From assembly GCA_963796055.1 (NCBI GenBank), contig CAWCKH010000005.1:52779-116778 (forward strand): a stretch of 64,000 nucleotides of DNA. Direction: 5' to 3'. The stretch's first letter is position 1. The number at the start of each line of letters is the position of its first letter. Below the pieces are notes generated by a model. It saw nothing but the letters and a program-made list of their open reading frames with translations. It was not told the DNA's origin and did not search any database. The position numbers were made by a program, and so were the translations under genes. The stretch is from an uncultured delta proteobacterium. GTDB taxonomy: Bacteria > Myxococcota > Myxococcia > Myxococcales > Myxococcaceae. Below are positions 47,511 to 55,609 of the stretch, piece by piece.

Positions 47511-48074
47511 ATGACACGGATCGCGATCATCATCGGCAGCACCCGGCCCGGGCGGAAGGGCGAGGCCGTCGCCCGCTACGTGCTGGACATCGCCCGGAAG
47601 CGGAACGACGCCGAGTACGCGCTGGTGGACATCGCGGAGTACAACCTGCCGCACCTCGACGAGCCGGTTCCCCCTTCCATGGGCCAGTACAGCAAGGCCC
47701 ACACCCTGGCCTGGGCGAAGACGATCGACGCCTTCGACGGCTACGTCTTCGTCACCCCCGAGTACAACCACTCGACCTCGGCTGCGCTGAAGAACGCGAT
47801 CGATTTCCTGTTCAAGGAATGGAACAACAAGGCAGCCGGCTTCGTGAGCTACGGCAGCGCCGGCGGCGCCCGGGCAGTGGAGCACCTGCGGCTGGTGATG
47901 GCGGAGCTGATGGTGGCCACCGTCCGCGCCCAGGCGATGTTCTCGCTGTTCACCGACTTCGAGGCCTTCACCGTCTTCAAGCCCCACCCCCACCACGAGA
48001 AGGCGGTGAACGCCATGCTCGAGCAGGTCGTGTCCTGGGCCGGGGCCCTGAAGACGGTGCGCAAGAAGGCCTGA
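47511..48074 (+). CDS. NAD(P)H-dependent FMN reductase-family oxidoreductase
   Basis: 187 aa. [14 protein letters not shown] ... [21 protein letters not shown] is the canonical FMN_red pattern. Confidence 0.88.
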   Translation: MTRIAIIIGSTRPGRKGEAVARYVLDIARKRNDAEYALVDIAEYNLPHLDEPVPPSMGQYSKAHTLAWAKTIDAFDGYVFVTPEYNHSTSAALKNAIDFLFKEWNNKAAGFVSYGSAGGARAVEHLRLVMAELMVATVRAQAMFSLFTDFEAFTVFKPHPHHEKAVNAMLEQVVSWAGALKTVRKKA

Positions 48075-48133
48075 ATGGCGCAAGATTGTCCAAGTCCCCA
48101 CGGGGAACTCCGGACAGGCTCCGGCGACTGCCC

Positions 48134-48997
48134 ATGAGCGCCCATCTCCACGCCACACCGCTGCTGGTCGGCGACGAGCTGTCGGTGTTCGACGTCCACT
48201 GCTCGGCAGGTCCCCAGGACGCGGCGCCACCCGAGGTGCACCGTTCCTTCGTGCTGGCCTACGTCCGGACGGGGAGCTTCGCCGTCCGCACCGAGCGCGG
48301 GGCGCACCAGCTCGTCCCGGGCGGGTTCATGACCGGTGCCCCCGGCGAAGTGTACGCCTGCAGTCACGAGCAAGGAGGCGGCGACACCTGCCTCGCCCTT
48401 CACCTCTCGCCCGCGCTGGTGGACGCGCTGGGCGGCGAGCGTGCCGCCGCTGGCTGGCACGCCGGTGGCCTCGCACCCGAGCCCGAGCTGGGGATGCTCG
48501 CCGCGCTGGGGCTGGCGGCGGCCAAGGGCGGCACCGACGTCTCGCTCGAGGAGGCGGCGCTGCTGCTGGTGGACCGCTTCCTCGCCCGGGGCGGGGCCTC
48601 GCGACCGGCCTGGGCACCGCGGCTGGTCGACCGCCGGCGGGCGGTGGAGACGGCACTGTGGGTCGAGGCCCACGCCGACCAGCCGGTGCAGCTGGCCACC
48701 TTGGCACGTCGGGCGGGCCTGAGCGCCTTCCACTTCCTCCGCCTCTTCAGCCGGGTCCTCGGGGTGACCCCGCACCAGTACCTGGTGGCGGCCCGGCTCC
48801 GTCGCGCGGCGCGCCTCCTGGCCAATCCGGCGCGCCCGGTGACCGACGTGGCGTTCGAGGTCGGCTTCGGGGATCTCTCGCACTTCGTCCGGACCTTCCG
48901 CCGGGCCGCCGGCGTGTCTCCCGGGCGTTTCCGGCGCCTCGCGCGCGCCGAGCGCAAGTTCCTCCAAGCGAGGCTGGACTCGGCCCGGGCAGGATGA
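48134..48997 (+). CDS. AraC-family transcriptional regulator
   Basis: 287 aa from ATG 48134. C-terminal double HTH ([31 protein letters not shown] ... [29 protein letters not shown]). Confidence 0.88.
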   Translation: MSAHLHATPLLVGDELSVFDVHCSAGPQDAAPPEVHRSFVLAYVRTGSFAVRTERGAHQLVPGGFMTGAPGEVYACSHEQGGGDTCLALHLSPALVDALGGERAAAGWHAGGLAPEPELGMLAALGLAAAKGGTDVSLEEAALLLVDRFLARGGASRPAWAPRLVDRRRAVETALWVEAHADQPVQLATLARRAGLSAFHFLRLFSRVLGVTPHQYLVAARLRRAARLLANPARPVTDVAFEVGFGDLSHFVRTFRRAAGVSPGRFRRLARAERKFLQARLDSARAG

Positions 48998-49365
48998 TCT
49001 CCATGTTCGATCACCTTGGCCTCAGGACCTCCCGCCTCGATGCCGCCATCCGCTTCTACGAGGCCGCGCTCGCGCCGCTCGGGCACCGGCTCGCCTCGCG
49101 CGACGAGCAGGGAGCCGGGCTGGGCCCGCCAGATGCACCGGCGCTGTGGCTGTCCCGCGTCACCGGCCAGTCGGGCTCGAGCGTCCACCTCGCCTTCGCC
49201 GCCCCCGACCGGCAAGCGGTCGACCGGTTTCACGCTGCGGGTCTCGCGGCGGGGGGCAGGGACAACGGTGCGCCGGGCGCGCGTCCCGACTACGGCCCGC
49301 GGTATTACGCGGCCTTCCTGCTCGACCCCGACGGGAATAACGTCGAGGCGGTCTGCCTGAAGTAG
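48994..49365 (+). CDS. VOC/glyoxalase-family protein
   Basis: 123 aa ([26 protein letters not shown] ... [17 protein letters not shown]). The start overlaps the AraC stop (ATGA). Confidence 0.85.
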   Translation: MISMFDHLGLRTSRLDAAIRFYEAALAPLGHRLASRDEQGAGLGPPDAPALWLSRVTGQSGSSVHLAFAAPDRQAVDRFHAAGLAAGGRDNGAPGARPDYGPRYYAAFLLDPDGNNVEAVCLK

Positions 49366-49413
49366 CCCGGTCAGGCGAGCGCCGCCCAGCGTTCCGCGCT
49401 AAGAGCGGCAGGG

Positions 49414-49803
49414 GTGAGCGGGAGGGAGACGCCAGTCCGGGGCAGTGTGGTTGTCGCCGACGACGACCGCGAGCTCCGCGAGGGGCTGGTCGACGTGCTC
49501 GAGCACGAGGGCTTTCGCGTGCTCGAGGCGGCGGACGGCCCGGCAGCGGTGGAAGCGGTGCTCGGCGCGCCTCGCCCCTGCCTGATGCTGCTCGACCTGG
49601 TCCTGCCCCGCTACTCCGGGCTCGAGGTTCTCGCCCGTCTGGAGCGGGAGAGGCCCGAGCGGGTGCGTGTCTTCCTGATGACCGGCCAGACGCCGGCCCC
49701 GGAGCTCCCACCGGGTTCCATCGTGGCGGACGTGCTCATCAAGCCCTTCACCCTCGACGCGCTGCTGGTGCGCATCCGGAAATTCCTCGCCGAGGCGGGC
49801 TGA
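49414..49803 (+). CDS. single-domain response regulator (CheY-like)
   Basis: 129 aa, GTG start. Canonical DD pocket (VVADDD), acceptor Asp (MLLDLVLP), Thr (LMTG) and Lys (IKPF). Confidence 0.85.
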   Translation: MSGRETPVRGSVVVADDDRELREGLVDVLEHEGFRVLEAADGPAAVEAVLGAPRPCLMLLDLVLPRYSGLEVLARLERERPERVRVFLMTGQTPAPELPPGSIVADVLIKPFTLDALLVRIRKFLAEAG

Positions 49804-49822
49804 CCCAGGTTCGTCGCTGGTT

Positions 49823-52795
49823 CTAGCCCCGGCCCCGCGGGCGGCGCCGCCACGCACCCCAGGCGAGCAGCAGCGCCAGCGCCGGGAGCAGCGCCGCGCT
49901 CCCGCTCGTGCTCCGGCAGGCGCAGCCCCCGCTCACCTCCCCTCCTTGCGTGAGCGGGGCCGAGGCCTGGGCGGTCTTCATCAGCACCGGGGTGGCGCGC
50001 CCGGTCGCCTCCCAGATGGCGTGGAGGGCGTCGCCCGTGCCATCGGTCAGGTTCGCCGCGGCGAGCGCCTCCACGTACTCGCGGGTGGTCGGCTGGTAGA
50101 AGAGCCGCGCCTCCACCGTGGTGCTCCCCGCGGCGAGCGCGGAGGCCGGGAAGGTGACCCGGTACGTCCAGTCCACCGCGCCCATCGCACCACCGTCCGC
50201 GTCGCGGAGGAAGCTGATTCCCACCGGTGCGGTGTCCTGGTCGGGGCGGAAACCCAGTGGCTCGATGCGGGTGTCCTTGAGGATGGTGTCGTGCAGCGCC
50301 AGGTGGTCCAGCCCACCGTCGCTGCGCGCGTGCACCGCCTCGAACACGGCCAGCTGCGAGTCGGAGAGCAGCAGGCCCGCGTCGCCGTCGTAGGCGCCGC
50401 TCACCACCTGGCCGTCGACCCGCAGCTCGAGGAAGACCCGCCGGCCGTCGGCATAGCCAGTGGGCAGCTTGTGCCCGGTCCGGTTGAAGACCCGGACCTT
50501 CACCTCCACCTCGGTCTCCACCGGGATGGCGCCACCGGGAAGGGTGATCTGCACCTCCGCGGCGCCGCCGAGGTTGTCCAGCGCCGCCGCGCGGTTCGCG
50601 GCGAAGGCGGCGTCCAGACCCGCGAGCTGGCCGGAAGCGGCGGCAGCACGGACCGCATCGAGCCCCCACACGTTGCCGCCGACGAAGGCGTGGCGGCTCG
50701 GCGTCTGCCGGGCAGGGCCGTCCTTGGCCACCGGGAGGCTCTGCGTCTCGCGCAGCATGTGACAGGACTGGCAAGTCTTCGGGGAGGCGCCGCTGGAGTA
50801 CGCGGACTGGAGCCACTCGGAGTAGGTGGTGTCGAGCGGGAAGGCCCGCTGCGTCCCGGCGCGTTTCAGGATTGGGTTGCGCACCTCGTGGCACTGGCCG
50901 CAGAGGCTGCTCTGGCTGACCGCCGGATCCTGCACTCCGGTGTGCGCCGGGCTGTCCACGTTGGGGTAGGGCCCGAAGACGGTGAAGCTGGGCTCGAAGG
51001 TGAGCTGGGCGTTGCCGATCACCCCGGCATCGGTGCGGGTGCGGTGGCAGGCCTCGCAGCTGACGCCGGCGCGGTCCACCGCGTCGAGCGCGCTCCCGTT
51101 CGGAGGTAGCCCGTGGCCCTGGACGTAGGAGGTGGGCGAGTGGCAACGCAGGCACCACTGCCCGATGCCCAGCACGTCCTGGTTCGCGACGCTGAGCGCG
51201 GCCTGGTAGAGCGGGTCGCGGACCGCGTTGGCCATCATCGTCGCCGCCCAGCTGTCCCAGGGCATGTACGGGGTGCCGGCGTCGACCGACGCGCTGGCGT
51301 GGCAGAGCTGGCAGGTGTCCGGCCCCTGGAACGGCGCGCCGCCGGCGAGACCTCCCGGCGGGGTGCCGCCGCCGAAGTCGATGGGTCCGGCGTCGAGCGG
51401 TGGCCCGGCGTCGGGCCGCGGTCCGGCGTCGGGCGCTCCCGCATCCGGACGGCCCGCGTCGGGCGCTCCCGCATCCGGACGGCCCGCGTCGGGCCTACCG
51501 GCGTCCGGAACTCCTGCGTCCACGCCCGGACGGGGGGAGACGAGGAGGATGCTGCCCTCGACGCGTGAGACGTAGAGGTTTCCGTCCGGACCGACGAGGA
51601 AGCGCGTCACGGTGCCGAAGCCGGTGCCGAAGTCAGCCCGCGGGCTGGCCACGAACCCGTCCCGGTTCGCGTTGGGGGTCAGGGTCCAGACGTTGCCGTT
51701 GGCGTTGTCGCCGAAGAAGTAGCGCCCCCGGTACGGCGCGGGGAAGCTGGCGCTGTCCACGAAGACGCCGCCGGTGATGCTCTGGCAGTTCCCGTCGTTG
51801 TTCCCCAGGGCGCCAGCGTGCTCGCAGAAGTACGCCGGGTCCACGCAGTCGGCGCCGACGCCGTTGGGGCCGAGCGGGTCGCATCGGGTGACCGGATGGC
51901 CAAACGCGCCCTCGCGGTAGGGCCAGCCGTAGTGCTGGCCCTTGCGGACCAGGTCGATCTCCTCGTAGCTGACCTCGCCGACGTCGCCGACCCAGAGGAA
52001 GCCGGTCTGTGGGTCGAAGGCGAAGCGGAACGGGTTGCGAAACCCCCAGGCCCAGATCTCCGTCCTCGCGCCGGCGATGAGGGTGCCTGCGTCCGGGCCG
52101 CTGCCGCAGCTTCCGTTGCACGCCGGCACCGTGGTTCCCGGGGCGGCGAGCGGGTTGTCGTTGGGGATGGTGCCGTCGAGGTTGATGCGGAGCACCTTCC
52201 CGTTGGCCGTGGTGAGGCAGGTCCCGATGTAGTTGCCGATGTTTCCGCCGGGAGGGAGGCCGGTGTTGCAGCCGGTGTCGCCGACGCCGACGTAGAGCTT
52301 GCCGTCGGGCCCGATGGCCAGCGCCCCGCCATCGTGGTTGGCCGGGCCCTGCAGGTTCTGCAGCAGCACCGTCACGGCCATCTGGGCCGTGCTGCAGGAG
52401 CCGGTGCACTGGAGCGTGTTGTCGGGGTTGAGCCGGACCTTGAGCACCCGGTGCTTGTTCGCGGTGGTGGGCCCGTCCGAGGCGTAGAAGTACAGGAAGG
52501 TGTTGGAGGCGAACTGGGGATCGACCTCCACCCCCAGCAGACCCTTCTCGCTGTCGAAGTCCACGCTGAAGCTGCCCGCGGTCACCACGCTGCCGTCGGT
52601 GCGGCGGACCTTCACCGCGCCGGTCTTCTCGGTCATCACCACCCGGCCGTCGGGGAGAAAACGGAAATCGGTGATCTGCCCCTGCCCCGAGACGTACGTC
52701 CCCACCTGGAAGGTGCTCGCCGGGCCGCCGGTGGTGAGCGTCTGGGCGGTTGCGGGGACCCAGACGAGGGTGGCCGCCAGGAGGAGCCTGCGCAT
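49823..52795 (-). CDS. secreted fusion protein: glucose/sorbosone-dehydrogenase-like beta-propeller, (PDAGx)n linker, pentahaem c-type cytochrome region, MYXO-CTERM tail
   Basis: 990 aa from ATG 52795. Signal peptide MRRLLLAATLVWVPATAQT. GSDH-type propeller motifs (FLPDGRVVMTEKTGAVKV, NHDGGALAIGPDGKLYVGVGD, GFRNPFRFAFDP). Five CxxCH motifs (CQLCH, CLRCH, CEACH, CGQCH, CQSCH). C-terminus GGCACRSTSGSAALLPALALLLAWGAWRRRPRGRG. Confidence 0.85.
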   Translation of the reverse strand: MRRLLLAATLVWVPATAQTLTTGGPASTFQVGTYVSGQGQITDFRFLPDGRVVMTEKTGAVKVRRTDGSVVTAGSFSVDFDSEKGLLGVEVDPQFASNTFLYFYASDGPTTANKHRVLKVRLNPDNTLQCTGSCSTAQMAVTVLLQNLQGPANHDGGALAIGPDGKLYVGVGDTGCNTGLPPGGNIGNYIGTCLTTANGKVLRINLDGTIPNDNPLAAPGTTVPACNGSCGSGPDAGTLIAGARTEIWAWGFRNPFRFAFDPQTGFLWVGDVGEVSYEEIDLVRKGQHYGWPYREGAFGHPVTRCDPLGPNGVGADCVDPAYFCEHAGALGNNDGNCQSITGGVFVDSASFPAPYRGRYFFGDNANGNVWTLTPNANRDGFVASPRADFGTGFGTVTRFLVGPDGNLYVSRVEGSILLVSPRPGVDAGVPDAGRPDAGRPDAGAPDAGRPDAGAPDAGPRPDAGPPLDAGPIDFGGGTPPGGLAGGAPFQGPDTCQLCHASASVDAGTPYMPWDSWAATMMANAVRDPLYQAALSVANQDVLGIGQWCLRCHSPTSYVQGHGLPPNGSALDAVDRAGVSCEACHRTRTDAGVIGNAQLTFEPSFTVFGPYPNVDSPAHTGVQDPAVSQSSLCGQCHEVRNPILKRAGTQRAFPLDTTYSEWLQSAYSSGASPKTCQSCHMLRETQSLPVAKDGPARQTPSRHAFVGGNVWGLDAVRAAAASGQLAGLDAAFAANRAAALDNLGGAAEVQITLPGGAIPVETEVEVKVRVFNRTGHKLPTGYADGRRVFLELRVDGQVVSGAYDGDAGLLLSDSQLAVFEAVHARSDGGLDHLALHDTILKDTRIEPLGFRPDQDTAPVGISFLRDADGGAMGAVDWTYRVTFPASALAAGSTTVEARLFYQPTTREYVEALAAANLTDGTGDALHAIWEATGRATPVLMKTAQASAPLTQGGEVSGGCACRSTSGSAALLPALALLLAWGAWRRRPRGRG
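51427..51486. repeat. intragenic perfect 30-nt tandem duplication within a longer 15-nt periodic tract
   Basis: cgtcgggcgctcccgcatccggacggcccg occurs twice in tandem, flanked by degenerate 15-nt units from about 51390 to 51520. It encodes PDAGRPDAGAPDAGRPDAGAPDAG. Confidence 0.9.
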
Positions 52796-52928
52796 GCGTG
52801 GGTGCGGAGCAGAGCAAGTCGCACGCCCGGGCGAAAGCCGGACCCGCGTTGCAGAATTCCGCTGTTCCACGACGCCGTTGCCGGGTGCGGACCACGCCCG
52901 GCGTGGGCACTCCACACCGGGATCGGTT

Positions 52929-53225
52929 TCAGACGCCGGCGCGGCGGAGCTCCGGGGCGAGCCGGCCCGACAGTGCGAGCGCCCACATCTTCCAGTCCGC
53001 AGCCAGCGACCAGAGCGGGTAGCGGAAGGTGGCGGCGAAGCCGTAGCCCGCCACCAGGGCACCGACCAGCAACAGGGGCCGACCGCTCACCACCGTCCAG
53101 ACCAGCAGCAGCAGCGAGAGCGTGGTCCCCACCAGGTGGAGCATCCGCGTGCCGGGCTGGCGGTGCTCGCGCAGATAGTAGGGCCAGAACTCGGCGAAGC
53201 TGCCGATGCGCGGCCCGGCGTTCAT
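52929..53225 (-). CDS. DUF962 (Mpo1-like) membrane protein
   Basis: 98 aa ([34 protein letters not shown]...). The start overlaps the peroxiredoxin stop (ATGA). Confidence 0.65.
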   Translation of the reverse strand: MNAGPRIGSFAEFWPYYLREHRQPGTRMLHLVGTTLSLLLLVWTVVSGRPLLLVGALVAGYGFAATFRYPLWSLAADWKMWALALSGRLAPELRRAGV

Positions 53226-53734
53226 GCCCGCTGCAGCTCCTTCAGCATGGTCTCGGCGTCGCTCACCTCGAACTTCCCGGGCGCCTCGACGTGGAGCGAC
53301 TTCACCATCCCGTCGTCGAGCAGCATCGAGTAGCGCTGCGAGCGGACGCCCATGCCCTTCGAGGTGAGGTCCTGGTCCAGCCCCAGCGCCCGGCTCCAAA
53401 AGGCGCTCCCGTCGGCCAGCATGCGGATCTTCCCCCCGGTCTTCTGCTCCCGTCCCCAGGCGCCCATGACGAAGGCGTCGTTCACCGAGACGCACCAGAT
53501 CTCGTCCACGCCGCGGCCCTTCAGCGCGGCGGCCTGGGCGAGATAGCCGGGGACGTGCTTCGCCGAGCAGGTGGGGGTGAACGCCCCGGGGAGCCCGAAC
53601 ACCACGATCCGCTTGCCGGCGACCAGCTTCGAGACCTGGAACGTATTGGGGCCGAGCGCGCAGCCCGGCGTCTCCTGCTCGATGAACTCGCTCAGCGTCC
53701 CGTCGGGGACGCGGTGTCCGACCTGGATGGGCAT
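53222..53734 (-). CDS. peroxiredoxin, Prx5/PrxD type
   Basis: 170 aa. [14 protein letters not shown] contains the peroxidatic Cys. Prx5-like length and layout. Confidence 0.88.
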   Translation of the reverse strand: MPIQVGHRVPDGTLSEFIEQETPGCALGPNTFQVSKLVAGKRIVVFGLPGAFTPTCSAKHVPGYLAQAAALKGRGVDEIWCVSVNDAFVMGAWGREQKTGGKIRMLADGSAFWSRALGLDQDLTSKGMGVRSQRYSMLLDDGMVKSLHVEAPGKFEVSDAETMLKELQRA

Positions 53735-53770
53735 GGGAGCGCGGAAGTAGCACGTCCCGTCGGCGCGACG

Positions 53771-55609
53771 CTAGACGTGCCCACGCGGGGCAGCGGTCGA
53801 CCAGGAGCGGAGCGCCCGGAGCTGCGCCGTCTTCTTCGACTGGTGCTCTTCCATTCGCCGGAGGATGTCGTCGAGGACGGAGACGGCGTCCAGGATGTGC
53901 GGGCCCTTGTTGAGCATGACGCACTCGGCGCGCTCACCCATCGCCGCGTCGGTCACCTCGGCCCGGCTGGGCACACCGTTCTTGGCCAGCCCCTCGAGCA
54001 CCTGGGTGGCCCAGATCGCCGGCACGTGCGCGGCCTCGCTGATCCACAAGAGCTCCTCCTGCACCTCGGCCAGCCGCTGGTAGCCGCACTCCACCGCGAG
54101 GTCGCCGCGGGCGATCATCACCCCCGCCCGCTCGTGCTCCATCGCCGCCCAGAGCAGGGCCGGCATCGCGGCAAAGGCGTGGGCGGTCTCGATCTTGAGG
54201 ATCAGTCCCAGGTGCGAGGCCGAGAGCCGGTCCAGCTCGGCGCGGAGGGCATGGATGTCCTCGGGGCGCTGGACGAAGGACATGCCCACCAGGTCCGCCA
54301 GCCTCACCACGGTCTGCAGATCCCGGCGGTCGTCGTCGGTGAGCGCCGGGAGCTGGAGCGCGGTGTCGGGGACGTTGATGCCCTTCTCGCTGGCCAGCTT
54401 CCCGGAGGGCCGCGGACCACGGACGATGCGGAGCTCGAGCCGGTCCGGGTGCACCTCCACGGCCTCGGCATGGAACTTCCCGTCATCGAGCATCACCCGG
54501 TCACCGGGCCGGACCCGGGTGAAGAGCCTGGGCTCGGTGCACCCCACCCGCCCGGGTTCCACCACCCGCCCGGTGCTGTCGCGCAGCTCGGCCCGGCCCG
54601 GCGCCAGCGAGCGGGTGAGCACCAGCCGTTCGCCGGGGACGAGGGTGATGGGCAGCTCGGGCTCGGGCAGCGCGAGCGGACAGGCACCGGGGTCCACCTC
54701 CGAGGTCTGGAACCGCGTCTCGGGCACGATGAAGGCCTTCTGCTCTGCCTCTCCCCGGAGCACGTCACCGAGCCGCTCGACGATGCGCAGGGTGCGGCGA
54801 AGCCCGCGGGCATCGCGGAACTGGAGCTCGGCGCCGGGGCTCAGCCCGCGGGTCCAGTCCGCCGGGAACTGGAGCTGCGGTCCGGTGGCCGGCGGGTACG
54901 TCCCCGCCGGGACGATCCACACGGTGGTGGGCACGAGTAGCTTGCCGCGCATGTCGCGCCGGAGCTTCCAGCTGACCACCGGCGGCCCAGGGCTGAGCGG
55001 GCCGGTGCGGATCTTCGGCCCCCCGAGGTCCATCAGGATGCGGCACGGATGTCCGCTGGCCTTCTCCGCGGCCCGCACGTGGGCGGCGATGCGGGTCCAG
55101 ACCTCCGGCCCATCGTGGGCACAGTTGATCCGCAGGATGCCCATCCCTCGGTTCACCAGCGCCCGGACGGCGCTGGGATCCTCGGCCAGGCTCGCGTCGG
55201 CGGTGACCATGATCCGCACTGCCCGTCCCTCGGGGGCCGGTCCGAGCAACGCCTCGGCATTTCGGGCCAGGGCGCTGCGGCCCTCGTCGAAGTCCGGTCC
55301 GCGGAGCGTCTCGACTGCGGCCGCCCCCTGCCCGTCGAGCCCCCGCAGCGCCCGGCGGACTGCCCGCAGCGTGGCCTCCACATGGCCTTCGGCCCTCCCC
55401 AGAGAGGAGAGCCCGAGCTCGGCCAGCGTCTGCTGGAGACGCCGGAGGTCGTGGCTCCGGAGCGCGAGGTAGTGCCGGAGGTTCACCGCCCCCGCCCGGT
55501 GTGGAGAGGCGAGAGCCTGTAGCTCGGTGGACGAGGGCGTCGCCCGCTCCACCTCTCCGAGCAGCGAGTCGAGCTGGGACAGCGTCGCTGAGGCGGATGA
55601 CGGGCTCAT
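53771..55609 (-). CDS. pyruvate-kinase-family protein lacking the C-terminal regulatory domain, with about 110-aa N-terminal extension
   Basis: 612 aa from ATG 55609, which forms an ATGA overlap with the mgtA stop. PK barrel motifs [37 protein letters not shown] and SRAEVTDAA. The protein ends shortly after the barrel. Confidence 0.8.
   Translation of the reverse strand: MSPSSASATLSQLDSLLGEVERATPSSTELQALASPHRAGAVNLRHYLALRSHDLRRLQQTLAELGLSSLGRAEGHVEATLRAVRRALRGLDGQGAAAVETLRGPDFDEGRSALARNAEALLGPAPEGRAVRIMVTADASLAEDPSAVRALVNRGMGILRINCAHDGPEVWTRIAAHVRAAEKASGHPCRILMDLGGPKIRTGPLSPGPPVVSWKLRRDMRGKLLVPTTVWIVPAGTYPPATGPQLQFPADWTRGLSPGAELQFRDARGLRRTLRIVERLGDVLRGEAEQKAFIVPETRFQTSEVDPGACPLALPEPELPITLVPGERLVLTRSLAPGRAELRDSTGRVVEPGRVGCTEPRLFTRVRPGDRVMLDDGKFHAEAVEVHPDRLELRIVRGPRPSGKLASEKGINVPDTALQLPALTDDDRRDLQTVVRLADLVGMSFVQRPEDIHALRAELDRLSASHLGLILKIETAHAFAAMPALLWAAMEHERAGVMIARGDLAVECGYQRLAEVQEELLWISEAAHVPAIWATQVLEGLAKNGVPSRAEVTDAAMGERAECVMLNKGPHILDAVSVLDDILRRMEEHQSKKTAQLRALRSWSTAAPRGHV

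Noticed and set aside
51390-51520. Possible CRISPR-like or non-coding tandem repeat
   Set aside because: The 15/30-nt periodicity is in frame inside a long ORF with no spacers. It encodes a (PDAGx)n linker, so it is a coding tandem repeat and not a CRISPR array.
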